The notes under the pieces were generated by a model, which did no database searches, was not told the DNA's origin, and worked only from the letters and a program-made list of their open reading frames with translations. Both the position numbers and the translations under genes were made by a program. Below, piece after piece: positions 51,046 to 64,000 of a DNA stretch of 64,000 nucleotides. Source of the stretch: Psilocybe cubensis (lineage: Eukaryota). The stretch covers positions 4,154,001 to 4,218,000 of the forward strand of contig CM038999.1 of assembly GCA_017499595.2 (NCBI GenBank), read 5' to 3'. Position 1 is the first letter of the stretch. Each line of letters begins with the position of its first letter.

Positions 51046-53014
51046 TCAACAGTAGGAATGATCGTCGTGCGTTTCTTTCACCACCGTGATCTCCACGGTG
51101 CCCTCAACAGAACCATCAATAACAATTAAAAGACAGGATTTAAACATGAAACGGGAGCTCACATATATTGCATCATTCTTCTCTGACATTTCAGTTTGGC
51201 ACCTTCGTGCTTTTCCGACCGCAACCTGAACACTACTGGCTCTATCCTCTGGCGCAAAAGAAGAAGGTTCCATCAAGGTTGTCTCTTTCCGGTATATTTC
51301 CAGAGGAAAACTGACAACTCCACTGGAGCCGATGGATTGGAGTCGTATTCTATCACGACGTTCAAACGATGCAAGCAGGCCGCTGGTGTATGCTGCCAGT
51401 AGGGGTTTAGGTACATCATCAAATTAGACCCCATTATTGACATAAACCCAGGTTCTTACTGTTGTTAAGAATCAAAAATGGAGCCATGAAGGCTGCAGTA
51501 TCGCTCATGGCTATTGTCTGGACAAATATATGTTGTATAATAGCATGTATAGGGGCATTTAAACAAACTCACGAATATCAGAGTAGCGGCGTCTAAAATG
51601 GTTGAAAACAGCCCCGTTGTCAAAGTGTAGAATATCAATGTTCTGATTAGGGAAGACGATCTACAGAAAGGTCAAGGAAAGCTTAGTAACATTTTGTCAA
51701 ATTAGCACGCACCGTGGTATTTGAGACCTTTCTCTCCAAAGTAGGATACATAGCGATCCCGCGATTATCGAATCAGCGACCAATATTGAAATAAAGATAG
51801 TGAAAAGCGGGGCCTAAAAGGTCATCGGTCACGATTGGTGCTTAAAGACAGGGTATGCTTCTAGTAAATTCAAAGTCCATACCTTTGTTTCGACGTCGCG
51901 TAAGACATTATTCCAACTGCTATTGATAATAACTGGCGTAAATATGATACCGTAATTCAAGGATATGTGATTTAAACCTACAATATAGTGATGACATCTA
52001 GAAGAATTCAATTGTATGAGTTGAGCAAAGAGTAACTCCCGTTAAAAAGGTTTCACAAACACAGCGATGAAGCGAGAGCCACGAGACTAGGCAGCACCTG
52101 ATATATATAAAGGTAAGTGTATCGTAACTTCGTAGTAGCGTTGGGCGTTATCTTACCGCAATGAAAGTCCATATATAATTTTTGCGGCTCACTACCAAGA
52201 TATCAACGATCAGTTAAAAGGCAATGATGTCAAATAGTCGCATACGCCTCCAGACTCGATAAATGTATAACCTTATGCCTATATTAACGGTGTTGTCTCA
52301 AATCATACCAAAGAGTTTTACATACCCCCTGACAATGGTATCATTAATCGACTGTATTATATTAACGTGGAGAATGTGGAACTGTAAAGGTTAGAGCATA
52401 CCAATGCACTGAAACTAACCTGCAATAGTTGTAAGTGGTCTAGTCTACGCATCGTGGACTTGAGAAACGCACAGTAAACTCCCTGTTCAAATGAAATTAG
52501 TAAATTGGCAGAGAGAACGGAGGCTAAACCGAGGACTTTCCAGCTGTACTTGTTCACGAATATACTCAGCGGACCTTCCTCCATTGAATGCTCAATAACT
52601 TTGTAAAACGCAATTCCTCCAAAGAGAGCGATGCTAGTGTTCAAAACCCTGTCGGTGGAAAGGTTTAGTGCACCTAAATCGGAATAGGCACCAAACATTA
52701 TATATACCACATCATCAGGACCTATTGAGCAATTTTTGAGTTTCATTATTTGCACGAAGTCGTACCGACAAATGGTAGAACACATACAAGAACCCGGATA
52801 GGTCTGGGATCTCTGGCACCTTGCTGAAAGTATATCAAAGTTTGATAGGACGTGACGCCGTAAAGCCTGGAGTGAGAGTGAGAGTGAGGCCAGCCGTGAA
52901 AGCAGAGATAACCAGCAGTGTAACTGACATGACAGATACGTAGCACCCCGCATAGAGGCCATTATACGACTGGCGAAGCTTGACAAGTACGTTAGAGCCC
53001 TCAATTACTGACAT
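51046..53014 (-). CDS. DUF6534-like multi-pass membrane protein, copy 10 (multi-exon)
   Basis: MSVIEGSNVLVKLRQSYNGLYAGCYVSV; LYGVTSYQTLIYFQQGARDPRPIRVLV; VADSIIAGSLCILLWRERSQIPR; last exon GTVEITVVKETHDDHSYC*. Confidence 0.82.
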
Positions 53015-53393
53015 TGCTTGTGAAGGTCGAAACAGAGACGTCCGTGAGACTTAGACAACTATTGCGTTTTATACTCTGGATTTTATGAACAGTATCAAAA
53101 AAAAGAATATAAGATGGTAAATAAGATATGTCCCGTAAATGAACCAACTTTGATCAAGAGGTCACTAGTATCGCGTAAGAAAAGAAACCGATTTCGGTCA
53201 GAAAGTCTCCAACGCACATGAAAAGAATAGTAAATAGGGATAACCAAGAATCAGTAGAAAATTGAGAAAGAACGGCAACCTGTGTCTCCACGGATACATC
53301 ATCTCATCTCACTTCGTCCTCCTCCCCACAGCACCACAAATACACAAGTTTTCATCAATCAGATGACCATCACATTAACCAAACCAAAAATTC

Positions 53394-56300
53394 TCACTCC
53401 TCCTCACCATCCTCATCACTATCATATGTATTGAACCCTAAGTCCCTCACACCCGCAACAGCCACAAGCAGCGGATGGTTCGGGTCAAAGCACATCAACA
53501 TCTTGCCCATATCCTCCAGCGCGAAATCTTCAATCTCCTCCACGAGCGCCATCTCATCGCGGTCGTAGTCTCCCATGCCCATGCTCATACTCATGGGTCC
53601 GCCAGTGCCATTGACGCGTGCGGCGCGCGCTTTGCGTCTGTCGGCCATCGAGTGTAGTTGTCGTTTCGTCGCCTCCATCACCGCTTCGTGGAACTGCTGC
53701 GAGAGCGCCTCGGGTCCTCCGATCACCCGTAGGGATTCGGAAAAGTATTTGTAGAGCGATGCGAGGAAGGTCGCATCGTGTTCGGTGTTGATGCAGGTGA
53801 TGAGCTGATGGAAGACAGTGGCTACCATCTGATTTGTGAGGGTCCCGCTCTGCTTGCCACACGCAAGAAGCATTGGGACCAGCCTGTATGACGTGAAGAC
53901 GGAGAGTGAGCAAGGCAAAACAACTATGGGTGAAGCAAAACTCACATCACACACGCCTCACGAACCCCTTCATGGAAGTAAAACCTCAAACACGGAAGCG
54001 TCACCTCAAGGGTGGGGCCCAAAAACGGGGCGAAACGTGGACCCAGTGTCGAGCAATATATCACAAGCGTCTCGAATGCTTGACACTTTTCGTCCATCGC
54101 GGACGTGCGGACGCCGTACGTCTGCCCGTCCATCACGATGGTCTCCCACCCGTCACGTTCGTCACTGTATTCATCTTCGTCGTCTATATTGAGATGTCAG
54201 GTTAATAAAATATAAAAGGGGAAAGGAAAGGACGACGTACTGTATAGAGATAAATCTGCTTTTGCACCAGCTGTTGCAAGCAGGGAGGGCATCACGAGAG
54301 GTAGGTACGGCTCGAACTCTGGACCTAGGGCCTGGCACACCTTGGCCCACGTCGCGATCAGATAATGTCCTACTTGGTTATCATTGGGGTCGTGGGGTCC
54401 CTCTGAAAAAATACATATCAAAATAAAAACAAGAAATGCTGGAAATGGACGGCAACTCACGTTGAATATGCATCAACAACTCAACGAGCGTCTTCGAGTC
54501 GGGCCTAAAGACATCAGGGCCAACAGCGATGGCTTAATTTTGACGGTCAGAGTCACATCCAACGCACCACAGTCAGGATCTAGAACGCACCGATTAAGCC
54601 AGCACACTCCATAGCCTTCACACGCAACTTTCTATAATCCGGGCCCTCCGCATTCCGAAGCACATTCAACAAAAGCGGCATAATCGTCGGATAATGCTAA
54701 CACACATCCAGGGTGTAAGTAAATCATACACAAGTCACAATGCCTCTCAAAAAACAGAACATACCTTTCCAAACGTAACCTCACTCGCATCCGCAACCAT
54801 CGCAAGCGTCGTGATCGCCTGCTCCTGTACATACCGCCTCACCTGCGTCTGGTCACCGCCCGGATTCAACAACTTCAGCAGCCGCTCGACAATCGGGTCG
54901 AGATAGGGAAGGAGGGTATCACGCTCGACGCCCTCGCAGAAGTTGATAAGCGCCGAGGCGGCGTGCGCATGAACTCGTGGTTCAGGGTCTTCGAGGGCGG
55001 GGATGAGGACAGCGAAGAGTTGGCGGTGGAAGCGGTGTTGGATGATTTCCTGGATGTGTGGCGATATCAGAATCTCCTACGGTTAATTCTTATAAACGGA
55101 GTCGAGCGTACCTCGAGATCTGTACACAGCTGCCCTCTACATGGTAAAATCAGTCAGTCAACGTCAACGTCGGCAGTCTGGAAATATATCAAAAGAAAAA
55201 ACCGACGCGGTATGCACCAAGACACTGCTAAAGAGTCAACACAAGCGAAATCAAAAACTTACATACACTGACACGCCGCATACCGGACGCGAGGATGTGA
55301 ATCGTTAAACATGGGCGTCACAAGGCTACACCACACATCATCAGCTCTGACCAGCTAACCAAAACATAAGATTTCAACACACTCGACGATCTTCTCCAGT
55401 TCCTTTTGCATAACCTACAAGAACGTTATTAAGACAATTCAGTACAGTGAGATAACATAAAAAATGTAGCTGCACAAACGTACCTTGCCTGTCCCTTCTC
55501 CAATAGCAGCGATCACCATCAACCCAGCATGCCTCACACGCCAATCATAGCTCGCCATCATCGATGGAATGTACTGTACAACCCAAAGAACGAATATAAA
55601 AGCAGTTAAAACACGCAAAAAAGCGAAAAATCAAGAAGTACGGCGCACCTGGAACGCAGGTGGCAAAATCGCGCGTCCACCCATCGCACACGCGAGCCGA
55701 TCCAAACTCTGCTCATACAACGCAGGCGGCGCATCTGTTTCTGCTGAACTCGAAGCAGTCGAGGGCTGTCAAATATCGCATAAGTCAAAATGTTCCCAGA
55801 GAGGTAAAAAGGGGAATTTCCGAGAAAAGAAACAAAAAAACAAGTAGCTTAGACGAATAGAAAAAAAAAATCAAAACACCAGTTCCGATTCGCAAGTACA
55901 TTATCCAATACCGCAATTATTCCGTCAAACCACCTACCCAACCCCTAATCCATCTTTCACATCTATACATCTTTCTGTCCATCTGTTCACACCTCCAATC
56001 TTTTTTCCAAATCCAGACCCCACCCTCGACCACACCAAACACCAAACACATTAAACCTACTTTGAGCACAAAACCCATCCACAACACCCGTCCACATCCA
56101 CATCAAAACAAAAACAGCCAACATAAGAAAAAAATAGAAAAATAAAATCAAAAAAAATCGCAAGAAGTCAGACCAGGGTAAAAACTCTGCCCCTTCTCTA
56201 CGGCTCAGCGGCTCTACGGCTCAGGCCCTGTCCTTCCGTCCATCCAATGCCCATATAACCCGCACGTCAGCCGCTAAGCCAAACGTCAATACCCCACCCC

Positions 56301-58436
56301 ACCCCCACTATTTGCATCCCATCGCATCTTGACTTTCATCACCCACCATCATCTTAACACGACTATTATCATATATCACCTTCCAATCATCATCACCCCT
56401 TTCCCCGTTACCCCTCGTGCATCGCACGAACAATCACCATCGCGATCATCACAATCACTACCCCACCACCATAAAAAACATCACTCGCAAAAACACACAA
56501 AACTTCGCCTACTACCCACCCGTCCTCTCAAGAAAGAACCAACCCAAAAAACAAAACCCCCCAAAAAAGGCAAGAAAAAGAAAGAAAAGAGAACAAAGAA
56601 ACACTCACATCCTCCCTTAACCACTCCCCCACATCCCCATCCTCTTCAAGCTCGCCCATGCCCTCCAAACACGCACGCACAATCACCTCTGTCCATCCAA
56701 CCACCTTCCTCACCATATTCGGTCTCGCCTCCGATAACGAAATCATGAATTCCAAAGCTGAAAGCCTGAGAGTAGACCGCTCGTCATGCGACGCGTCGTC
56801 GTCGTCTTCTCCGTCATGGTCGTGATCATGATCATTTTCGTCGGAGTGGTTGTAGGAGGGGGAAGAGGAAGAATTGGATAATGAAGACGAGGAGGAGGAA
56901 AGATGTCCGTTTTGTGTAGAACCATGCGACCCACCTCCACCATCACCATCATCATCGTCCAAATGCATCCCCCCTCCTCCCGGCACAGGCGGAAACACAA
57001 ACGCACCCTGTCTCCCATTCCCATTCCCATTCCCGTTTATCTTCCCTCCACCACCAACGGGAAACGGCCTCCCAACAGTCGGCGTCGGCCCACAATCCAC
57101 CGGGGGCAAAATCAAACTTGGCAGGAACGTCAGAAGCGTCTGCAAATGCGGTGCGAAGAGTATAGGATGTGTGCTCGCGAGCGGGGTGAGCGTCGAGAGG
57201 AAGGTGGATAGGTAATGGTAGTTGGACGTTTTCGGTCGTGAGGGTGCGTATGTGTATGTAGAGGAAGATGTGGATGGGGGAGGGAGGGGAGCGTGTAATG
57301 GTGGATGGGAGAGCGCGTTGGAGAGGGCTGGGAGAGTGTCGAGCATTGGTGAGAGCAGGGAAATGGACTGGGCGAGTTGTGTGGCGTCTGCTGAGGAGAG
57401 GAACGCGACGGACGCCAGGAGCGCTGCATGGCGGACCTAATCAATACCATATGTTGTGTAAATCACCACCACCACAAGAACTCAGCCGTCAGGGCCGTCC
57501 TTCAAAATTTATAAAGTAAAGCAGACGCACCTCGATATCCTCAGGATCCTGTAACCCGCGCTGGAACACACCAAGCACGGCATCGATCTGGAGATCCATC
57601 ACAAGGTTCGGACACCCCGCAAAAACTCTGTACGCGCTCTCCCTCAACATCCACCCGGGCACCGCACCACCACCCACACCGCCAGAACCCTCTTCACCTC
57701 CAAGCCCCTGCGCATGCGTCATACTAAACGCCTGTGCCTGCAACGCATGCCACGGTCTACCCCTCGCCATCCCCTGATTCGCAACATCACACACCGTATC
57801 CACCGTCTTCCGCCTCACACTCGCCGCGCGCTCGTGCGCCAATGAGAATAAAAGCAGCCGTTCGAGGGTGTTGAGGGTCTGGTGCGAGAGGTGGTCGTAC
57901 AGCGAGGAACGGTTCGCGTGTGTGGCATGCGAAGGTATGTGCTGCTGTTGCTGCTGCTGTAGATGGTGCTGTTGTTGTTGCAGTTGTTGGTGGATGTCGG
58001 AGCCGGGGGCGGGCGGCCCGCCGTTGTTCGCTGTGAGTACGGGGGCCGGGCGGAAGAGGAGGCGGCGGAGGAGAACAAGCGAAAACGAGCGCATCTGGAT
58101 AGATAGTTGGGTATATGGAAAGATAGATGGCCGTTATCCCTTAGATCAGACAGTGTAGGGTATGAGAGCAAGGCGGGGTACTGACCACCTCTGTGTCCGC
58201 CGTGATCGCGAACTGGGCGAGGGCGAGCAGGTACAGCTCGGGTGTATGCGTCAGGCGCTCGTTGACGGCTTTCTCTGCGCTATATTCCACACCAGTCAAC
58301 CACATTGAGAAGAAGAGATATAAGGAAGGGGGGAGTGTAAGGCGCACCTGGCACGGATGTCATTATCACCCAGGACGAGATTGGACAGGATCTGCGTCAG
58401 CTCGGCGGTTATCTGAGGCGGGACGACAGATTCCAT
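53394..58436 (-). CDS. PSE1: Importin subunit beta-3 / importin-5 (Pse1/Kap121-like) HEAT-repeat karyopherin, about 15 exons
   Basis: MESVVPPQITAELTQILSNLVLGDNDIRA; MRSFSLVLLRRLLF; ALEFMISLSEARPNMVRK; EQSLDRLACAMGG; WRVRHAGLMVIAAIGEG; HPRVRYAACQC; GQLCTD; VQEQAITTLAMVADAS; WAKVCQALGPEFEPYLPLVMPSLL; GVRTSAMDEK; FYFHEGVREA. Confidence 0.9.
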
Positions 58437-61400
58437 CGTCGGTCGTCGGTTTGCTGGTCAATGGTATTGTCTACTGGTCCTAGTCGTTGTAGATGTGAAG
58501 CGTCGGTGTCGGTGTAAGTATCGGTGTAAGTGGTGTAGGTGTTACGTTGTATCTCGGGACGGGTCCTGTCGAGCGTCCTGTCGTATACTGTACTGTCAAC
58601 GTCTTCCCTTTCTTTCCCCTTCTTTTCCTTTCTTTCCGGTTCCCAAAATTTTTCGTCTGCTTTCAAATCCCAGTCCTTATCCAATCCAAATCCACCACAC
58701 ACTCCGAAAAATCGAGTACCAAAACACTCGACAACAGCAATCTAGACTCGACAGCAGTCCGATCTCGCGGGTGATACGAAAGCTGATAGTCGATAGTCGG
58801 CAGTCGGTATTCGCACTAATCGTGTGTACGTTCAACAGCGGTTCGCTGGTGTACTAGAGAGCTAGTTCAGCTGGTGGATGTAACGAAGATAGAGAGTCAG
58901 AATGGTACAGCTAGAAGCGTTACACGACAACACAACACAACAAAACGCAAAATAAGCAACCATAAGGGTCCAGGGGAAAAGGAGGACCCGTCTGATCAAT
59001 TTCCCCGGTGCCCAAATCAGGTCTAACCTCTACCAACCGGGTTCTCAAGCATTTGTATTCAATGATAAAAACCCATGTAACCACACTAAAGTCCAAATAA
59101 AGTGAACACACACCTCAGAAGCCCACACACACTCTTTAAATGAAAGCAAGTGACGTGTATCCTTCACCTCAATCCGAGCCAAATCCACAAAAGCGAGAAA
59201 AGCGGGGAACGCAAGAAGCGAGCTCGAGGGGTCAAGCGAAAAGCAAAAAGCGACAGGGACGACATGGGACAGGACGGACAGCATGGCTATATCCATGCGG
59301 GATGATCGGCACGGTTATCAAATCATCCATCATCATCCCCATCGGCTATCTCCGTCTCTTCCCCTAACCCTCGTCCTCCGCTTTCCTCGACGCTCGTAGT
59401 AAAACCTGAATCAAATATTGTACGTAGGGTTCAATTGAATTTTCATGGTTTGACGATGGGCGTCATCGTCGAGTCATCGCTCCATGTGTTGCCTCATCAC
59501 ACATGCATGCGTTAAGCGCGAAACTGAATGTAGCGAACGTTGCTAAAACGACAACCGAGAATCTAATATGCGAATACACAAATACACCAACCCCACAGCA
59601 ACGTAGCGCCACCGCGTAATTGACGCATCTTCGCCCACGCGCATATACACACACAACCATAACGTAGCAAACAAAGACAAAACCACGTATGCCAGAACTA
59701 CAGAGCACCATTGCCTTGGTGTTCCTAATTGTTACACCCACACTTGCATTAAGGGTACAAGCTGCATAGAGCGAGCCTCGCATCCTCTCTCCTTGCATGT
59801 AAAAAAACCTTCAATTTACTAAACCCTCAACCCAAAACAAAACACCATCTTATCGCAAAACAAAAATCCATATCACCGCTCGACCAGCGATACCCATCTG
59901 ACTTTGACTGTTGACACCGCTCCTCTTCAGTTTCACCCCAATCATCTCCCAGATCCACATACCCATACATAACCTAGATCTCTCACCCCAAACCTCCGTG
60001 TGTCGGGATGCACTATCACTATTTCCACCACTATCACTCGACTCTCGAGTCATCGTGCCTTGTTTGTTTTTTGTTTTAAAAAAGAACAGAAAATGGATTA
60101 AATTGATACACGATATTCGGCGCCTCGCTCGACGCATCATCATCATCTGCAATCCACACCAATACGGTGTAAAGATGCATGTCACAATTCAAAATCAAAA
60201 TTTGAATTATCGAAATCCACAATTTACATTCACTGTTCTTCCCAAACACTCCGATTCTGGAGGATATCCTCGGAACGCCCGCCTTGTCACCGACTCTGAA
60301 ATCTGATACCCTGAAACAGTTATACACCTAGAGTGGTCAGCACATTCGAGTCAAATTGATATCCTGGGAGTATGCAATACCAAAATTTCTGTTATCACAC
60401 TGACCCACACACCAACACCACACTATCCCTCTCGCTGTTGCAAATGTACCACAAACCACATAACCTATCCCTCTCTTCAAACTCCCTCCCTCCTTCTTAG
60501 AGTGCACAGACCTAATCACATTTCCCTGAACCTCAAATTTGCCAGCCGACTGCAAATCAGAATTGACGTCGCAAGCACATTGAGTCTGCAGAGCCAAGCA
60601 CAACCAAACCCAGCAATAGAATACGAAAGATAGTATAAAAGACGAAAAGCCTGGTGCGTCAGGGACAGAGACCATGGATAAAAGCCAACGGAAAGTGAAT
60701 ATGAAAATGCAATTAGGTTTAAATAGTTTAACCTCTTGAGCGTGTACCTTCAAGCCTTGCGCATTAAAATTCACCAAGACACAGCGCAAACGACTTGACT
60801 ACTCAAATCTAGATACAAATTCACATACCTTCTAATCCAAACCTCCCAATAGGAAAGCAAGACCCACAGAACCCTCGACGTCTGCACCGCCCCTCCAGCT
60901 CGTCGCTCTCGCCTATACGTGAACATCACTCATACAAATCAATAAAATACTCAGTCTCGCGATATTCGCGAGAGCTAGGGGCCATTCTAGTCCAGAATGA
61001 CGGCGATGTGAAGACATCCTTCCAACCTCAAAAGACCAAAGTGGAAGCAAAAGCAGCTGTCAATTCCCCATTCCCCATTCCCAATTCCATAACCCGGAAA
61101 CCACAAACGAAACGAAACGAAACGAAGCAGACCCGAGGCAATTTTGAGGGCACAGGATGACAGGTACCATCGAGTCGCACCGTGCCCTCATCGTGCCCCC
61201 TTCTGCAGCCGTATTGCTCCAGATACAGCCGCTTCAAGTGGTACCACACCACATGCACAGATATGACCGCACCCGCCAGGGTCACATACACTCATCTACA
61301 CCTCACCACCTCACCACAACCACAACCACATCACCATCAAAAATCGGAATTACGAGCACCTCCAACCCCCAAAGTGAACAAATCTACCACTCAGTGAGTC

Positions 61401-63177
61401 AATAACAATAATAAGAGACCTTCCCTTTCAATCTCAAAAACACCACAAATTTTGTACAACCCTGAACTAAAAACCATCCCCATCACAAAATCACAAATCA
61501 CGAAAATCACAATAATCGTCATACCACGAATGTTAAACGAACAAAAGGATCATACTCGGAATGAACTCAAGAAAATCAAAACGTGTTACTATCATTTCAA
61601 ACGTTGCTCAATATAGGTGAACCTAAATACACACACTCGCGCGCACGGCAAACTCACCAATTAAAGTTAAAAATAAATTTAACCTCCAACCGAACCGGGG
61701 TCTAGAACCCAATCCATCACCCCACCCCCCACCCACCCCCCACCCACCCACACCCACACCGTTACCCATCCCACCGAACCAACCCACCGAACCACCAAGC
61801 CCAAACCAAACCAAACCAATCCCACCAACGCTCACCATCACAATGCCCATCAAATAACCCCCAAAGGAGGAAAACACACCGCGAAAAACAAGGAACGTCG
61901 CCAAATGCGCAATTAAACCCTGACACAACCACGGACACTTGTCAGCTCCCTCACTGACGGTGACAGAAGATGGGCCCGAAGCACGCGCTCCGCGCTGTGT
62001 CGGCGGCATGTTCAACTTTCAAGCGCAACACACATCAGACGTGATCAGACAAGAAGTAAGTTAGTTTAGTTTAGTTTAGTGTGCAGCACAACACAACACA
62101 CACGACGTCACGTCGAAACAGGAACCTGGAACACACGCACACAAAAACGAAGCCGAAAATCTGACATGAACACGATCAAAAATATCAAATTTAAAAGATC
62201 GACCTGAACCATCACATTGCAAGTTGCACAGAAAATAGTGCTCTACTTCGGTCTTTGGACTCGCGAGGGTTCGAGAGTCGAGAGTCGGGATCGACGAGTA
62301 GCGAGTGACGACGCGTTCAAGTTGCACGTTAAATCATGAATCATGAAGCATAAAGTCCGAGATCCCCGTGGGCACAAACTCCTCAAAGCGTCCTAGTGAC
62401 GCCAGAGCACTCTGCCCAGTGCTCGCACCATTGCACACAATCTCCCAAACACAATCCATCACACAATCACTATCACTATCGCTATCACTGCACTGCACTG
62501 CACAATAGACATCCCAACTCCAACTCCAACTCCAAACTCTGACAGCACGCACACGCAAACGACAACGCAAACGCCTCCCCCAAAATTCCAATTAAATTAG
62601 TAAATTAATTCCCAACCCACGACGCGACTCGACTCAATCCAGCCCAATTCATCGTGTCACCCCTCCCCCCATCCTGCCGCTGTCGCTGTCGCATCCCACG
62701 ACGCCTTGCAACGCTCGGCACACCCGACGCCGCCGCGCCACTGTCCCCACCCACGACACGGAGGATATAACTTGTAAGTACTTGCAAGGTATAAATGTAA
62801 CATGATCTGTATTCGTATTCGTGTTCGTGTTCGTAGTCTAAATGACATGTGCGATATGACACTTGACACTTACATACCTACTTATCTATCCACCCGTCCA
62901 CCGACGCACGGACAACGACAACACTTGAGACATGCACATAACACATACACCAAATCATTTAAATCTTGCCTCGAACGTGTTGGTGATGGGTAGACGTAAA
63001 CATATATGTATCGTAGTTGAAATTGTAGTCGTAGTTGTAGTTGTAGACACACCATCAACGAAGCGAAAACGAAGCGAAAATTGAGATGAAACTAGATGAG
63101 ATGAAATAGAACTAAACGTGAAAAGAAGATGAGAGGAGAGGAGAGAAAATGAGAAAATGAAGTACAAGACGAGAGGA

Positions 63178-63218
63178 GTAGAGAGTAGAGAGTAGAGAGT
63201 AGAGAGAGTAGAGAGTAG
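63178..63218 (+). repeat. (GAGAGTA)n microsatellite within a low-complexity region
   Basis: gtagagagtagagagtagagagt...; neighbouring (CACTAT)n, (CCAACT)n, (AAACG)n and (TTAGT)n tracts. Confidence 0.85.
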
Positions 63219-64000
63219 AAACGTCGCACCATACCATGACCATACCATGACCAACAAAAAAAAAAAGAAATAAGGTTTACAGTACACTCAACGAAGATAA
63301 AAAACGAAAATGAAAAAGATAAGAAAATGGAAAAAGAAAAAGAGGAAAAAAAGAATAACATAGAGTAAGCATCGAACAAACATTCCCCACCTCCATCCCG
63401 CTCCTCATCCTCACCCTCACCCTTATCCTCATCTCATCCTCATCCTCGTACCAACTTCCATTACACCATCGTCCGCTACCTCCTTTCTACCACACCCCAT
63501 CCTCATCATCCCCCCTTCCAACCTCCTCCACGATGCCCTCTCAACCCCGGCCCCAACCCCAACCCCAAACCCAACCTAAACCTCAAACGCCATCTCAACC
63601 TCCTCCACAACCACCCCACCCGACTCCGGTGCCACAACGCAATGTACATGCACATTGGCCTCCATATGCTCTATTGCTCCGTGTGATACGCAATACGCAA
63701 TATGCTATATCGAGCTTGAGCGCGAGATGTAGGTGGGCCGTACGTCGTATGTCGTACATCGCATGCCGTATGTCTTCCATACAGATCGACCAACCGAACG
63801 GGTCTGCGGGTGCACAGCAGAGTCGAAAGGCTATACAGTTGATCGGTGATCGCTGAACGAATCCTTGACGTCCAATCCTCGACTCCCGACTCCGGACTCT
63901 CGTCTCTCGACTCCCGACTCTCGATTCTCGATCCCATACACCACACCGCACCGCACCCTTCATCTCTATCACTACCACGCCCACCATTCCCACCACCAAT

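Noticed and set aside
52357-53004. 215-aa ORF as a stand-alone gene
   Set aside because: Read-through of introns and exons of membrane copy 10
56329-58483. Multiple + strand ORFs (Cys-rich, Pro/Lys-rich)
   Set aside because: Antisense shadows of importin exons (the poly-Q codons read as poly-C) and intronic low complexity
63533-63856. PQ-rich ORF (MPSQPRPQPQPQ...)
   Set aside because: Explained by CCCAA-type low-complexity repeats; no splice or family evidence
1-64000. tRNA, rRNA and LTR-retrotransposon genes
   Set aside because: No recognisable cloverleaf, rRNA, reverse transcriptase or integrase motif found by eye; a covariance-model scan was not possible

Overview
Intron-rich fungal DNA (short GT-AG introns, Agaricomycete-type gene families). 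It holds ten copies of a multi-exon integral membrane gene family (DUF6534-like; nine on -, one on +). It also holds one apparently functional importin-beta (Pse1/Kap121-like) gene at 53.4-58.4 kb and about seven decayed relics of that gene. Six relics lie directly upstream of a membrane-gene copy, so the array looks like repeated duplication of an [importin + membrane gene] unit in which only the membrane gene survived. Five DNA-transposon insertions can be delimited by their ends: a 7.36-kb Plavaka/CACTA-like element (19-bp TIRs, 2-bp TSD, two passenger genes), two copies of a ~470-bp MITE, a 1.3-kb long-TIR element with a 6-bp TSD, and a 2.2-kb MULE-like element with a 9-bp TSD. There is also a single-pass membrane gene with an apparent frameshift, and a gene-poor low-complexity stretch at 58.5-64 kb. 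Exon structures were read by eye and not fully verified. Family names are from motif recall, not database searches.
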